Source: an uncultured Chloroflexia bacterium
Lineage (GTDB): Bacteria; Chloroflexota; Anaerolineae; CG2-30-64-16
Direction: 5' to 3'
NCBI GenBank assembly: GCA_963810095.1
Contig: CAWEMM010000006.1
Span: 1,856,168 to 1,920,167 of the forward strand
DNA length: 64,000 bases
Shown here piece after piece: positions 21,521 through 31,084 of this stretch. The number at the start of each line of letters is the position of its first letter. The stretch's first letter is position 1. The notes beneath the pieces were generated by a model. The model worked only from the letters and a program-made list of their open reading frames with translations. It was not told the DNA's origin and made no database searches. A program made the translations under genes and the position numbers.

Positions 21521-22054
21521 TTAGAGGGCAAGCCGTCCTTGGCCGCTCTCCAGGCTGAGGAGGCGCAGCTTCAGATCGAGCCCGCCCGCATAGCCGTGCA
21601 GCGACCCGTCGGACCCGACGACCCGGTGGCAGGGGATGACAAGTGGGACGGGGTTCGCCCCGAGCGCTGCACCGACGGCCTGGTAGATGCCTGCGCCGCC
21701 CCCGCCAATTTGCTCTGCGATCCAGCGGTACGCCCGCGTTTCACCATAGCCGATGCGGGTGGCGGCCGACCAGACCGAGAGCGCAAACGAGGTGTTACCG
21801 CGCAGATCGACCGGCACCGTGAACTCGCGCAGTGCGCCAGTGAGATAGGCCGACACCTGGCGCGCGGCCTCGGCCAATTGCGGGTGATCGTTCGCCTGGG
21901 CCGAATTGGGGTAATACTTATACAGGTCGGCGAGCGTATTGGCCTCGGACGCACGCGGCAGGAATAGCCCGCGCAGCCCGCGCTCCGACGCGACCAGCCC
22001 AATCCAGCCCCAGCCTTCGACTTGAAAGACCTTGCTAACCAGTTCGTCGGCCAC
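21521..22054 (-). CDS. ogt: Methylated-DNA--protein-cysteine S-methyltransferase
   Basis: YGETRAY, AVGAALGANP, IPCHRVV, GYAGGL..K..LL. Confidence 0.92.
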   Translation of the reverse strand: MADELVSKVFQVEGWGWIGLVASERGLRGLFLPRASEANTLADLYKYYPNSAQANDHPQLAEAARQVSAYLTGALREFTVPVDLRGNTSFALSVWSAATRIGYGETRAYRWIAEQIGGGGAGIYQAVGAALGANPVPLVIPCHRVVGSDGSLHGYAGGLDLKLRLLSLESGQGRLAL

Positions 22055-22331
22055 GGGAGACCCCCATGATCACGAGCATTACGGCGGCAGCTGCCAGGGA
22101 GAGCGTCCAGGCCAGGCGCACCCACGCTTGTGCGCCGAACGCCGGCGACAGCAGCCCGAGCCCCAGCAGCACCAGCCCGACCGGCAGGATCAGATTGAAG
22201 GCGAGGATCAAGCCCACCTGGCCCGGCGGCAGCGGCGGCTTCTTGTTCATCCGAAAGGCGAGCCAGCCGACCATCGCCATCGGGAAGATCACGCCCGCCA
22301 GGAGCAGCAGCGCGCCGCCCAACTTCTCCAT
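22035..22331 (-). CDS. Small 3-TM membrane protein
   Basis: MEKLGGALLL...; three hydrophobic segments; overlaps both neighbours as in an operon. Confidence 0.6.
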   Translation of the reverse strand: MEKLGGALLLLAGVIFPMAMVGWLAFRMNKKPPLPPGQVGLILAFNLILPVGLVLLGLGLLSPAFGAQAWVRLAWTLSLAAAAVMLVIMGVSRGRRTG

Positions 22332-23023
22332 CAGTCGAAGCTTCCGCGCTTGCGCGCGCGATAGATGCGCCAGGTCATCTTGAAGAAGAGCGCGCTGTCC
22401 TTCACGGGCCGGAAGTGGCTCTTTTTCTCGTTGTAGATGGTCTTGATCGGCACCCACCCCACGGTTAGCCCGGCAAAGTCGGCGCGCAGCAGCATTTCCA
22501 CCTCGGCCTCGAAGCGGCTGCTGGTGGGGCGGACCTCCTGCATGGCTCGCCGGCTGAAGAGCCGGTAGCCGCTCTGGTTGTCGGGCACGGGCCGGCCCAT
22601 GGCGAAGCGCAGGAAGAACGAGCCGATGCGGTTGCCGAAGCGACTCTTGGCCGGCATCTGGCTGTACTGGCGCTGGCCGATGATGATGTCGCCGTGCCCC
22701 GCTCGAAACGCTTCGATGAAGAGGGGGATCTCGTCCGGATCGTGCTGGCCGTCGGCGTCGAGCGTGATCGCGGCGTCCACGCCCCGTCCGATCGCATAAT
22801 CGAAGCCGGTCAGGAGCGCCTTGCCCTTGCCCTGGTTGCGGCTATGTGCAACGACTTTCGCGCCGGCCAGCGCTGCAGCGCCGCCTGTGCCGTCCGTCGA
22901 GCCGTCGTCGACGACGACCACGGGTATGTGCCTGGCCGCGCACTTTACCACTTCGCCGATGAAGCGTGCTTCGTTGTATGCCGGGATGAGGGCGATGATC
23001 TCGCCGGTGCCGCTGCTGGTCAT
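22331..23023 (-). CDS. GT2 glycosyltransferase (DPM1-like)
   Basis: IPAYNE, VDDGSTD, NQGKGKAL, DADGQHDP, DNQSGYR. Confidence 0.92.
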   Translation of the reverse strand: MTSSGTGEIIALIPAYNEARFIGEVVKCAARHIPVVVVDDGSTDGTGGAAALAGAKVVAHSRNQGKGKALLTGFDYAIGRGVDAAITLDADGQHDPDEIPLFIEAFRAGHGDIIIGQRQYSQMPAKSRFGNRIGSFFLRFAMGRPVPDNQSGYRLFSRRAMQEVRPTSSRFEAEVEMLLRADFAGLTVGWVPIKTIYNEKKSHFRPVKDSALFFKMTWRIYRARKRGSFD

Positions 23024-23308
23024 GAGCCTTCCTCGTCGAGAATCGGGAACCGATGGGGGCGCCCCTTGTGGGGCTTCTCAGTTTACCCCGCGACGGGGGA
23101 ATGCGTCAAAGCGCGGAGTCAGGACTCGTCTCGAGCTGGGCCCGAGAATTGCGGAGCACCGCGGGGCATAAACGCCTCACAGACGCCCTATTAAGCGATT
23201 CGCGGACGGCGGCTCCGCTATTCTGTGCCTGGGTCAAAGGAACGAACATGTGAAGCTACTCAGCACAGGGACAGTCGCACGATAAGGACTGTCAGAAAGG
23301 GACCTTCC

Positions 23309-23938
23309 ATGAATCCGGAGATGAGTACATCCTGCGTGGAAGATGTTCAACTGAGGTCTGAACCGCGCCCGCGACCCGTCGACGAAGCAGTGCCCCAACC
23401 AGATCCACGGCTCGCGCCAGTGCAAGCGATGGTGGGAGTCTCAGACCCTCGTGTCGGGCCGGTTGCGGCTCTGCTGAAGGTCATCCTGGTGCTGCTCGTC
23501 CTGGATTTCGGTGCAACGATCTATCTGATTCTTGCCCCGCGAGAAGCCACGCCCGTCGCCTCGGTCGCCGCTCAGGAACCTCTGCCGGAGGGATTGGCAT
23601 CCGTGCAAGGCCGAACGGAGCTGTACGACAGGCTTGTGATCGCTCTAAATGCGCATGATGCGGAGGGGCTCTGGGCAATGATCGATCCATCGATCCGGCC
23701 CCAGTTGGAGGCGAAATGGGAACAGGCGTTGCCCACCATCTTTAGCCTGACGGGCCAGATTAAAGACGGAGCATACAGTCACTACGAGTATGGCGGGGAA
23801 TCAATGGGGAAGCAAGTCTACCTCCTCTATTACTCGCTGCTGACCGACCGCGGTCCGGCGATGCTCTGCGTCACCGTAGCGAAGGCCGCCGATGCGCCTT
23901 ATGCCCTGTGGGGCCTCAACGTGCAGATGGGCGACTGA
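23309..23938 (+). CDS. Hypothetical single-TM protein
   Basis: GAAAGG RBS, one TM helix, extracytoplasmic domain; directly upstream of the next gene. Confidence 0.55.
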   Translation: MNPEMSTSCVEDVQLRSEPRPRPVDEAVPQPDPRLAPVQAMVGVSDPRVGPVAALLKVILVLLVLDFGATIYLILAPREATPVASVAAQEPLPEGLASVQGRTELYDRLVIALNAHDAEGLWAMIDPSIRPQLEAKWEQALPTIFSLTGQIKDGAYSHYEYGGESMGKQVYLLYYSLLTDRGPAMLCVTVAKAADAPYALWGLNVQMGD

Positions 23939-23966
23939 TGACAGGGCCTTTGAAAAGGAGCTCACC

Positions 23967-24831
23967 ATGAAAACCCAATCGCTGTTTGCTCTGGTTATCG
24001 TCCTGGTCTGCCTGGCGGCGTGCGGGCCGTCCCCCGCCGAGGTCACAAAGGCAGCCACCCAGTCGGCTGCGGATGCGGCAGCGACCCGGACTGCCCGGGC
24101 GCCTACCGCTACGCCCACGTTCACACCGACCATGACGCTAACCGACGCGCCGACCGCCACGCCAACGCGGACGCCGACCAACACCCCTACCCGCACGCCG
24201 ACCAACACCCCTACACGCACACCGACCATGACGCCGACGAACACCCCACACCCGCACGCCCACAGCGACGGTGACGCCGACCAACCCGCCCAAGCCAGCG
24301 ACGCCTCCAAAGGCGGGGTCCGGGCTCAAGAAGGCGACCGCGGTCCCAGGAGTGGCCGCGTATGCGCCGACAATGAGTGACCTCCCGGCGGGTTTCGCGG
24401 CTTTGTCAGCCGCGCAGCTGCGCAAAATGGAGGAGGATCTGCCTGCCGGATCACGCGCGTTCGGCTTCACCCATGAGGCCAGCGGCGGGGTCGTCTTCGG
24501 CATGCTCATGCCGTACGAGACGAAGGCCGACCAGGCAGTCTTCGACACCGCCCTGCCCTACATGGTGCAAGTCGTCGCGGCTTCACTCGGCGCCCAGGGC
24601 GAGCCACAGAGCCTCGAAGGCATGGAAGATATCGGTGAGAGCCGTGTGGCCTCGACCTCAGTCAGCACGATGGGCGCGATTTCCTTGCGTTGGGACGTGG
24701 TTGGATTCCGCCGCGGGACCGTGGGGGCGCTGATCTTCGTGATGTACGAGGACGGCGAGCAGCCAGCCGCAGCGGTCGGAGACCTGGCTCGCGAGCTCGA
24801 CGCGCGCATCAGGAAGGGCCAGGGACGCTGA
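23967..24831 (+). CDS. Lipoprotein with Thr/Pro repeat linker (frameshift near 24255)
   Basis: AAGGAG RBS; lipobox LAAC; TPTRTPTN tandem repeats; C-terminal domain in ORF 24271-24831. Confidence 0.7.
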
Positions 24832-24899
24832 TGTTGCAAGCTTGCCGCTTCCGCCTGTCTACAGGCGGAAGCGGCGCCGGGATTGAAAGGCATCGAACC

Positions 24900-25145
24900 A
24901 TGGACACCGAACAAGAACGGCAGCATCCGCAGGCACACCTGTTTACGCTGCGCGTCTGGGAAGAGGCTCTGGGCGAGGGCCAAGCCGAGTGGCGCGGCCG
25001 CGTACAGGAGATCGTGACGGGCGAAACCGGTTTCTTCCGCGACTGGCAGGGACTGGTCGCGACCGTGCAACGTCTCGTGAGCAGGCCGGCTGCCGCCCGT
25101 GAGGACGGGTTGGGCACTGCTCACGCAGAGGGAGAGGATTCGTGA
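24900..25145 (+). CDS. Small conserved hypothetical protein of the type found beside Chloroflexi BTAD regulators
   Basis: LFTLRVWEE...WRGRVQEIVTGETGFFRDW motif; AAAGG RBS. Confidence 0.65.
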   Translation: MDTEQERQHPQAHLFTLRVWEEALGEGQAEWRGRVQEIVTGETGFFRDWQGLVATVQRLVSRPAAAREDGLGTAHAEGEDS

Positions 25146-25165
25146 GAAATCCATGGCAAAACCTG

Positions 25166-25194
25166 TTGCTTAGCGACTCGGGACATGGTAAAAT
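25166..25194 (+). promoter_or_regulatory. Sigma70-type promoter for the BTAD-TelA-vWA operon
   Basis: TTGCTT-17 nt-TAAAAT with TGn extension. Confidence 0.5.
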
Positions 25195-25265
25195 AGCACC
25201 GCGGTCCACGAAGTCGGCGACCGCGGCAGCTGTGTTCCTTGTCCTCTGCGTCAAAGGTGGTGACC

Positions 25266-27035
25266 ATGACCAGGCTGGACGTTCGGCTGCTAGGTGAGTT
25301 TGCCGTATTCAACGGCGGCGCTCCGCTCACATCCATCAACTCGCAACGCCTGCAGTGCCTTCTCGCCTATCTCCTGCTGCATCGCGACGCACCCGTCGCG
25401 CGGCAGCGACTCGCCTTCCTCTTCTGGCCCGATTCCACAGAGGCTCAGGCACGCTCCAACCTGCGCAACCTGCTCCATACCCTCGGTCAAGCCCTGCCGA
25501 ACAACGGCGAGCATTTTATCGAGACGGACGGCCAGACGGTGCAGTGGACCACCGGCACGTCCTACACGCTCGACGTGGACACCTTGCTGTCATCGCTCGA
25601 CAAGGCACAGACGGCCCAGGAGCTCCAGCATGCCCTGGACATCTATCGTGGTCCGCTCCTGCCCTCGTGCTACGACGATTGGATCGTGCCAGAGCGCGAG
25701 CGGCTCGAGCAGCAGGTTGCCGATACCGTACAACGGTTTATCGACCGGTGCGAGAAGCAAGGGGCCTACCGCGAAGCGATAGGCTTTGCCCAGCAGATCG
25801 TACGCCGTGATCCCCTGCGGGAGGACCTGTACCGTCAGATCATGCGCCTGTACGCGCTCAGCGGCGACCGGGCCGGCATCGCGCGCACTTACAAGGAGTG
25901 CCGTGAAGTCCTGCAAGCGCGAGCTGGACGTGGAGCCCAGCCGGCAAACCGTGCAGACGTACGAACAATGTAAGCAGCTGGAGACCTTTGCCGATCCGCC
26001 GGCTGCTCCTGCTCTACCTGCAGCCGCGCCAGCTTCACCGGCCCTTGCCACTGCGGCCGTCCCGCCTGCCGCGCCTGTTCGGGCGGCGCCCTCGCTGGCG
26101 CATCGCTGGCGAAAGCCCAAATAGCTCCGAGCCAGTATTCGTCCCACCAGCCCGTCACTGATGAGGTCGTTCGGCGCGCCGTCCTTTCCGATGCGCTGCA
26201 GCATCCGGCCACCGAAATTCCTCTCGCGCTTACCGGCATGTCCGGGCTTTTCCTCCTGTTTTATGTCCCGGCCCTGGCTGCTCTTCCCGCTGCCGTATCG
26301 GCTGCAGCATGGGCGCTCATGGCCGTGTCCGGGGTTGCCGCGGCCGGGTCGTTCATCTGGCAGTACGGGGTGAACTACGACAAGGCCTACGCAGAGAAGA
26401 CGCGATTGCTCCAAGCGGAACAGCAAGGCGCCAGCCGGCACGACGAGCAAGCGGAATTCGACCGCCGCCGCGAAGCGCTCGATGCAGGGTTCAAGGAAAC
26501 ACGGGTGGCCGAGGGCCACTACACGCTGCGCGACCTGAACTTCGAGTATGAACAACTGAAGGCGGTCATTGCCCGGCACAAGGAAACCGACCCTCTTGCT
26601 CTCTCCTACCTGCCGGCGCTGGTCGATGAGACGTACCGCCAGGGGCTGAGCGTGCTTGAGGACGCCCTCGAGCTGGCGCGTGCCACCTCCTCGCCCAAGG
26701 ATCAGCGGCTCGGCGCCGAGATCAAGGAACTTGAAGACAAGGTGGCCGGGGTATCCGGGAAGCCAGACGACGTGGGACGTGTGCGGCTGTGGCAGGAAAC
26801 CCTGGCTGCCCTCCGGCATCGCCAGGAATTGATCGGCAAGGAGCGCCTCCGTCTGGACGAGCTGCTCCAGCATGCATCCAAGTGTGAGACAGCGCTGAAC
26901 CAAACCCGTGTCGAGTTGGCTGCACTGAAGGCGGACAGCTGGACGGTGAGCGTGAATGCCGTGCTCGAGACGCTGCAGAAGACGATCGACCAGGCGAGAG
27001 CCGTGCAGGAAGAAATGCGCAAGCTGGGCTATTGA
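25266..27035 (+). CDS. SARP-family (wHTH+BTAD) regulator, probably fused to a 2-TM + coiled-coil XpaC-like domain (compensating frameshifts near 25917 and 26100)
   Basis: LDVRLLGEF, LLAYLLLH, RQRLAFLFWPDS..QARSNLR, YRGPLLP, DPLRED, ELDVEPS; the frame of 26238-27035 is open back to 25974 with no start codon and reads VRRAVLSDALQHPAT before the TM helices. Confidence 0.65.
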
Positions 27036-27055
27036 GCTCGGCGCAAGGGGGAGAA

Positions 27056-28247
27056 ATGAGCACGCCGGCAAATACGTCGAGGACTGTGCCACTCGTTATC
27101 GAAGACGGCGCCAGCGTCGATATGGGCGAACCCGTCGCGCCCGGGACGCTGGGCCCCGAAGAGGCCAACTCACTGCAGGAGCAGGCGAGGGCCGTCGCCG
27201 CGGACCTCGAACAAGCCCGCGGCAGCAAAGAGCTGGGGCTGATCGATTCCGTGTCCAGCCTGGGCGCACAAGAGCAGCGCGAGGCTGGCACCGAGCTGGC
27301 ATTGCTGCGCGGGCGGGTCGGCGACATGATGACGCGCGAGGGGGCGGGGTCGGATATTGCCCGGGACCTGGTGGACCTGCGCGTGACCCTGCTGCAGATC
27401 GACCCCAACGAGTTGAGCAAGCCGGGGTTCATCCGCAAGGTCTTCGGCTTCCTGCCGTTCGTCGGCCGCACCACCCCGCCGATCAAGGTGCTCGAGCGCA
27501 TCTCCGCCCGCTATGGCACGGCCGCATCGCAGGTCCAAGTCATCGAGACCCGGCTGAACGAAGGGCCGCAGGCTGCTGGCGCGCGACAACATCGAGCTGC
27601 GCAAGCTGTACGAGGGGGTCGAGTCGCAGCAGGCGCCGATCGAGAAGAAGATATACCTGGGCGAGCTGCTGTTGCGGGAGCTGACCGCGCTGCTCGAGCG
27701 CACCGTGGACCCAATCAAGCAGGAGCGCATCCGCAACGTGCTGCACGACGTAGCCATGCGGGTGCAGGACCTGCGAACCATGCAGGCCGTCTACTCCCAG
27801 TTCTACGTGGGCATCGAGATGACGCGCCAGAACAACACACGGCTCGCCCAGTCGGTCGAGCGCACCGTGAGCATGGCCGGGAATGTCGTGGTGGTCGGGC
27901 TGGCTATCCAGGCGGCCCTGGCCCGGCAGAAGCGGGTGCTGGAGGCCACGCAGGCCACCCAGGAGTTCCTGGGCCAGATGTTGGCGGCCAACGCCGCCGC
28001 GATCAAGCAGCATACGGCCGAGATTGGGGACATCTATAACAACCCGGTCATCGCGATCGACAAGATCGCGGAGGCCCAGCGCGACCTGCTCGAGGCCATG
28101 GCCATGGTCGACAAGTACAAGGACGAGGGCATCCAGGCCGCACGGCAGAACATCGCAACCCTCGCGTGGATGTCGGAGGAGATGCAAGGCAAGCTCGCCG
28201 TGCTGCAAGCGCGGTCCGAGGCGGCAGGTGCGACTGCCGAAGCCTGA
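27056..28247 (+). CDS. Toxic anion resistance protein, TelA family (frameshift near 27565)
   Basis: LVDLRVTLLQIDP, RY.TA..Q..VI..L, LARDNIELRKLYE, RVQDL, RQNNTRLAQSVER, Q..VLEA, L.AN...IKQ. Confidence 0.85.
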
Positions 28248-28313
28248 CCGGGCAACGTTACGCAACGGTGCGCCTTCGGGCGAAGATCGTTCCGAAGGGA
28301 TAGGAGCAGTTCG

Positions 28314-30143
28314 ATGAGCGGACAGACCCATGCGTCGGCTGGCCTGACGCTGCAAACCAAGATTCTGCTCGCCTTGCTCGGTGCGTTTGCGCTGGTGGGG
28401 GTGGTGGTCCGGCTTGCGGTCGCACCGGGCGGCCCCACGTCCGCCGGCGTTCCCCCCCAGGCCGCGCCTGGCGGGCAGGCGGCTCTCAGCACCCTGCCGC
28501 CAACGGCGCTCCCATCACCCGCGTCTCCAGCCGGACCCGTAAAGATTTCAATCTTGACCACCAACACCAAGGCGCTGTGGCTCCGAGGCGTTACCGACGA
28601 CTTCCATGCTACGGGTCCAACGACCGCTGCGGGGCGCCCCATCGAGGTTGAGGTCATCGAGGTAAGCGGGCCGGACGAATTCCAGCAGAGGCTGCTGGAT
28701 GACGGGAAGAGCCAGCCAGTGCTCGTTAGCCCGGGGGATATGAGTTTCGTCGAGAAGGCGAATGAGATCCTAAAGGACCTGCACCGGACCCTGATCCCGA
28801 CGAGTGACTGTCCGGCGGTTGCCCGGACTCCTACGGGCTTCGCGATGTGGCGGCCGATGGCTGAAGCACTGGGCTGGCCAAACAAGCCGATTGGTTGGAG
28901 GGATATCGTTGAGCTGTCGGCCGCCCCGGAAGGCTGGGCGAAGTACGGGCATCCGGAGTGGGGGAAATTCACGTTCGGCCACTCTCAGCCCCCTTATTCG
29001 ACCTCGGCATACAACGTCCTCGCTTCGCTCGCCTATGCAGCCGCCCGCAAGACAGAGGGGTTGACGCCGGAGGACGTGAGGAGCGACGCCGTGGTCGATG
29101 CGTTCCGTAAGGTGGAGCAGGAAACTTACCATTACGGCCGCTCCACGAGCGGCCTGCTGAATCTGATGATCGACGGCGGGCAAAGCTATCTTCATGCGGC
29201 AACGACCAGCGAGACTGCGTTCGTGTACTCGATGGAGCACAGCAGCGATAAACTCGCACCTCCCTGGTCTTGGGCGTTCATCTTTCCGGCCGAAGGTACC
29301 TTCTGGTCTGACAATCCCACGTGCATCTCCAATGACGATTCGGTAACTGCCGAACAGCGAGAGGCCGCCAAGATTTATCGTGACTACCTGCTGGCGCCGG
29401 CCGCCCAAGACAAAGCCATCCAAATCGGCATCCGCCCTGCGGACCCCAAGACGCCGCTGCACTGCCCGATTTGCCTCCAAATGGGCACCGATCCCTCGGT
29501 TACGCCGGCGACGGTGCCGCCGCTGGCGGGCGTGAGCGGCGCGACGAACGAGGCGATCCTCGACGTCTTCAAGGCGACGAAGAAGAAGGCCACGGTCGCA
29601 CTCCTGCTGGATACCTCGAGCAGCATGCAAGGCGTGGCTATCAAGAACGCGGTCGAAGGCGCCGCCGGCTTCATGGACAGGCTGCACCAAGACGACGAAA
29701 TCGAGGCGTACATGTTCAGCGACGCCGTGACCCCTCTGCAGCCGTCAGGCCGGGCGGGCGACACCGTGGAAAAGCTGAAAGAAGTCGTCAAGATGCTTTA
29801 CGCAGACGGGAGCACGGCGCTGTACGACGCAGTGTGCACCGGGGTGGAGCGGATCGACAAGCTGAGAGAGGATGATGAAGCCGCGGGCGAGTCCCGCCTG
29901 TACGCGGTCGTACTGCTGTCCGATGGCAGGAATACCGACAGCAAGCGGACAGAGAACGAAATGTTTGCCTGCCTGCCGAGCGGGGAGCATGTGGAGGAGG
30001 TCAAGGTGTACACGATCGCGTACGGCGACGATGCAGATAGGCAAATTCTTGATCGCATCGCCAAGCGCACGCATGGCAAGATGTTCGTCGGCACGCCCGA
30101 CAACATCGGAGAGGTGTACAAGGATATCTCTGCCGAACAGTGA
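28314..30143 (+). CDS. Extracellular solute-binding (PBP-II) + vWA protein, paralog 1 (N-terminal TM anchor)
   Basis: MWRPMAEALGWP, GHPEWG.F.FGH, P.EGTFWSDNP, MIDAS DTSSSM, TALYDA, LLSDG, YTIAYG, ends ISAEQ. Confidence 0.88.
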   Translation: MSGQTHASAGLTLQTKILLALLGAFALVGVVVRLAVAPGGPTSAGVPPQAAPGGQAALSTLPPTALPSPASPAGPVKISILTTNTKALWLRGVTDDFHATGPTTAAGRPIEVEVIEVSGPDEFQQRLLDDGKSQPVLVSPGDMSFVEKANEILKDLHRTLIPTSDCPAVARTPTGFAMWRPMAEALGWPNKPIGWRDIVELSAAPEGWAKYGHPEWGKFTFGHSQPPYSTSAYNVLASLAYAAARKTEGLTPEDVRSDAVVDAFRKVEQETYHYGRSTSGLLNLMIDGGQSYLHAATTSETAFVYSMEHSSDKLAPPWSWAFIFPAEGTFWSDNPTCISNDDSVTAEQREAAKIYRDYLLAPAAQDKAIQIGIRPADPKTPLHCPICLQMGTDPSVTPATVPPLAGVSGATNEAILDVFKATKKKATVALLLDTSSSMQGVAIKNAVEGAAGFMDRLHQDDEIEAYMFSDAVTPLQPSGRAGDTVEKLKEVVKMLYADGSTALYDAVCTGVERIDKLREDDEAAGESRLYAVVLLSDGRNTDSKRTENEMFACLPSGEHVEEVKVYTIAYGDDADRQILDRIAKRTHGKMFVGTPDNIGEVYKDISAEQ

Positions 30144-30303
30144 TCTATCCAGCGGCAATCGCACTTCCTCAAACGCCGCTTAAGCGTCCGGGCAAACGCT
30201 TCGTAAGCGCCGTTAATGGTTATCTGGTCGCAGAAGAACGGGGTGGATCTGAAGCCCCCAGGCGAGGGCTGGCGGACTGAACCCCGCTCCGCAGGAGGCC
30301 AAG

Positions 30304-31014
30304 ATGGAGACTGCGACCCGGTACGAACGAGGGAGCCAGGTTTCGATCGACGAGCTGCGACGCAGCTTTGTGGTGCGCGTGTATGGCTGGATGACGCTGG
30401 GACTCATCATCTCCGCTGTCGCCAGCCTGTATACCCTTGTCCAGCCCAACCTGCTGCGGGCGATTCTCGAAGACCAGCTGCTGTTCTGGGGCCTGCTAGT
30501 CGTCGAGATTGCGCTCGTGCTGGTGCTCAGCGCTCGGATCGGCAAGATGGGCGTGTGGACCGCCCGCATCGGTTTCCTGAGCTACGCCGCGTTAACCGGG
30601 ATCACCCTGACGCCGGTATTCCTTGCCTACACGGCGGCCTCGGTCTTCCGGGTGTTCGTGATCTCCGCCGGACTGTTCGGCGTGACCTGTCTTTACGGCC
30701 ACCTGACGCGCCGGAGCCTGGCTTCGGGGGGCAGCTACCTGTTCATGTTCCTCCTGGGCCTGATTCTGGCCTCGGCGGCAAACTTGATGCTAGGCGAGCG
30801 CATGGATCGACTGGCTCATCAGCCTGGTTGCGGTGGCCGTGTTCATGGGCCTGAGTGCCTTTGATGCGCAGGCGATCGGCAGCTGGGGGCGAGCCTTAAC
30901 GAGCGTGGGGAACTGGTGCAGAAGGCAGCGATTCTCGGCGCACTGAACCTATACCTGGATTTCATCAACCTGTTTCTGCGCCTGCTGCAGTTGTTCGGCA
31001 GCTCGGACGACTGA
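30304..31014 (+). CDS. Bax inhibitor-1/YccA family membrane protein (frameshifts near 30810-30890)
   Basis: [23 protein letters not shown]-terminal [17 protein letters not shown]; GGAGG RBS. Confidence 0.88.
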
Positions 31015-31084
31015 GTCGTCGAGCCGGGCTACGGCGGGGCGGGGGGCCAGATGACAGTGGGTCCGCCGTCCCGCCAGGGGAGGA

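Noticed and set aside
23024-23308. Strand switch as a replication origin
   Set aside because: No DnaA-box cluster, AT-rich unwinding element or dnaA/dnaN; it looks like a divergent promoter region
24100-24300. Tandem ACGCCGACC repeats as a VNTR or regulatory element
   Set aside because: They encode an ordinary Thr/Pro linker of a lipoprotein
25590-27092. Long antisense ORFs (500 aa here; also 34138-35697, 43656-45038, 47133-48527)
   Set aside because: They lie opposite well-supported genes, lack recognisable motifs and are expected from high-GC codon bias
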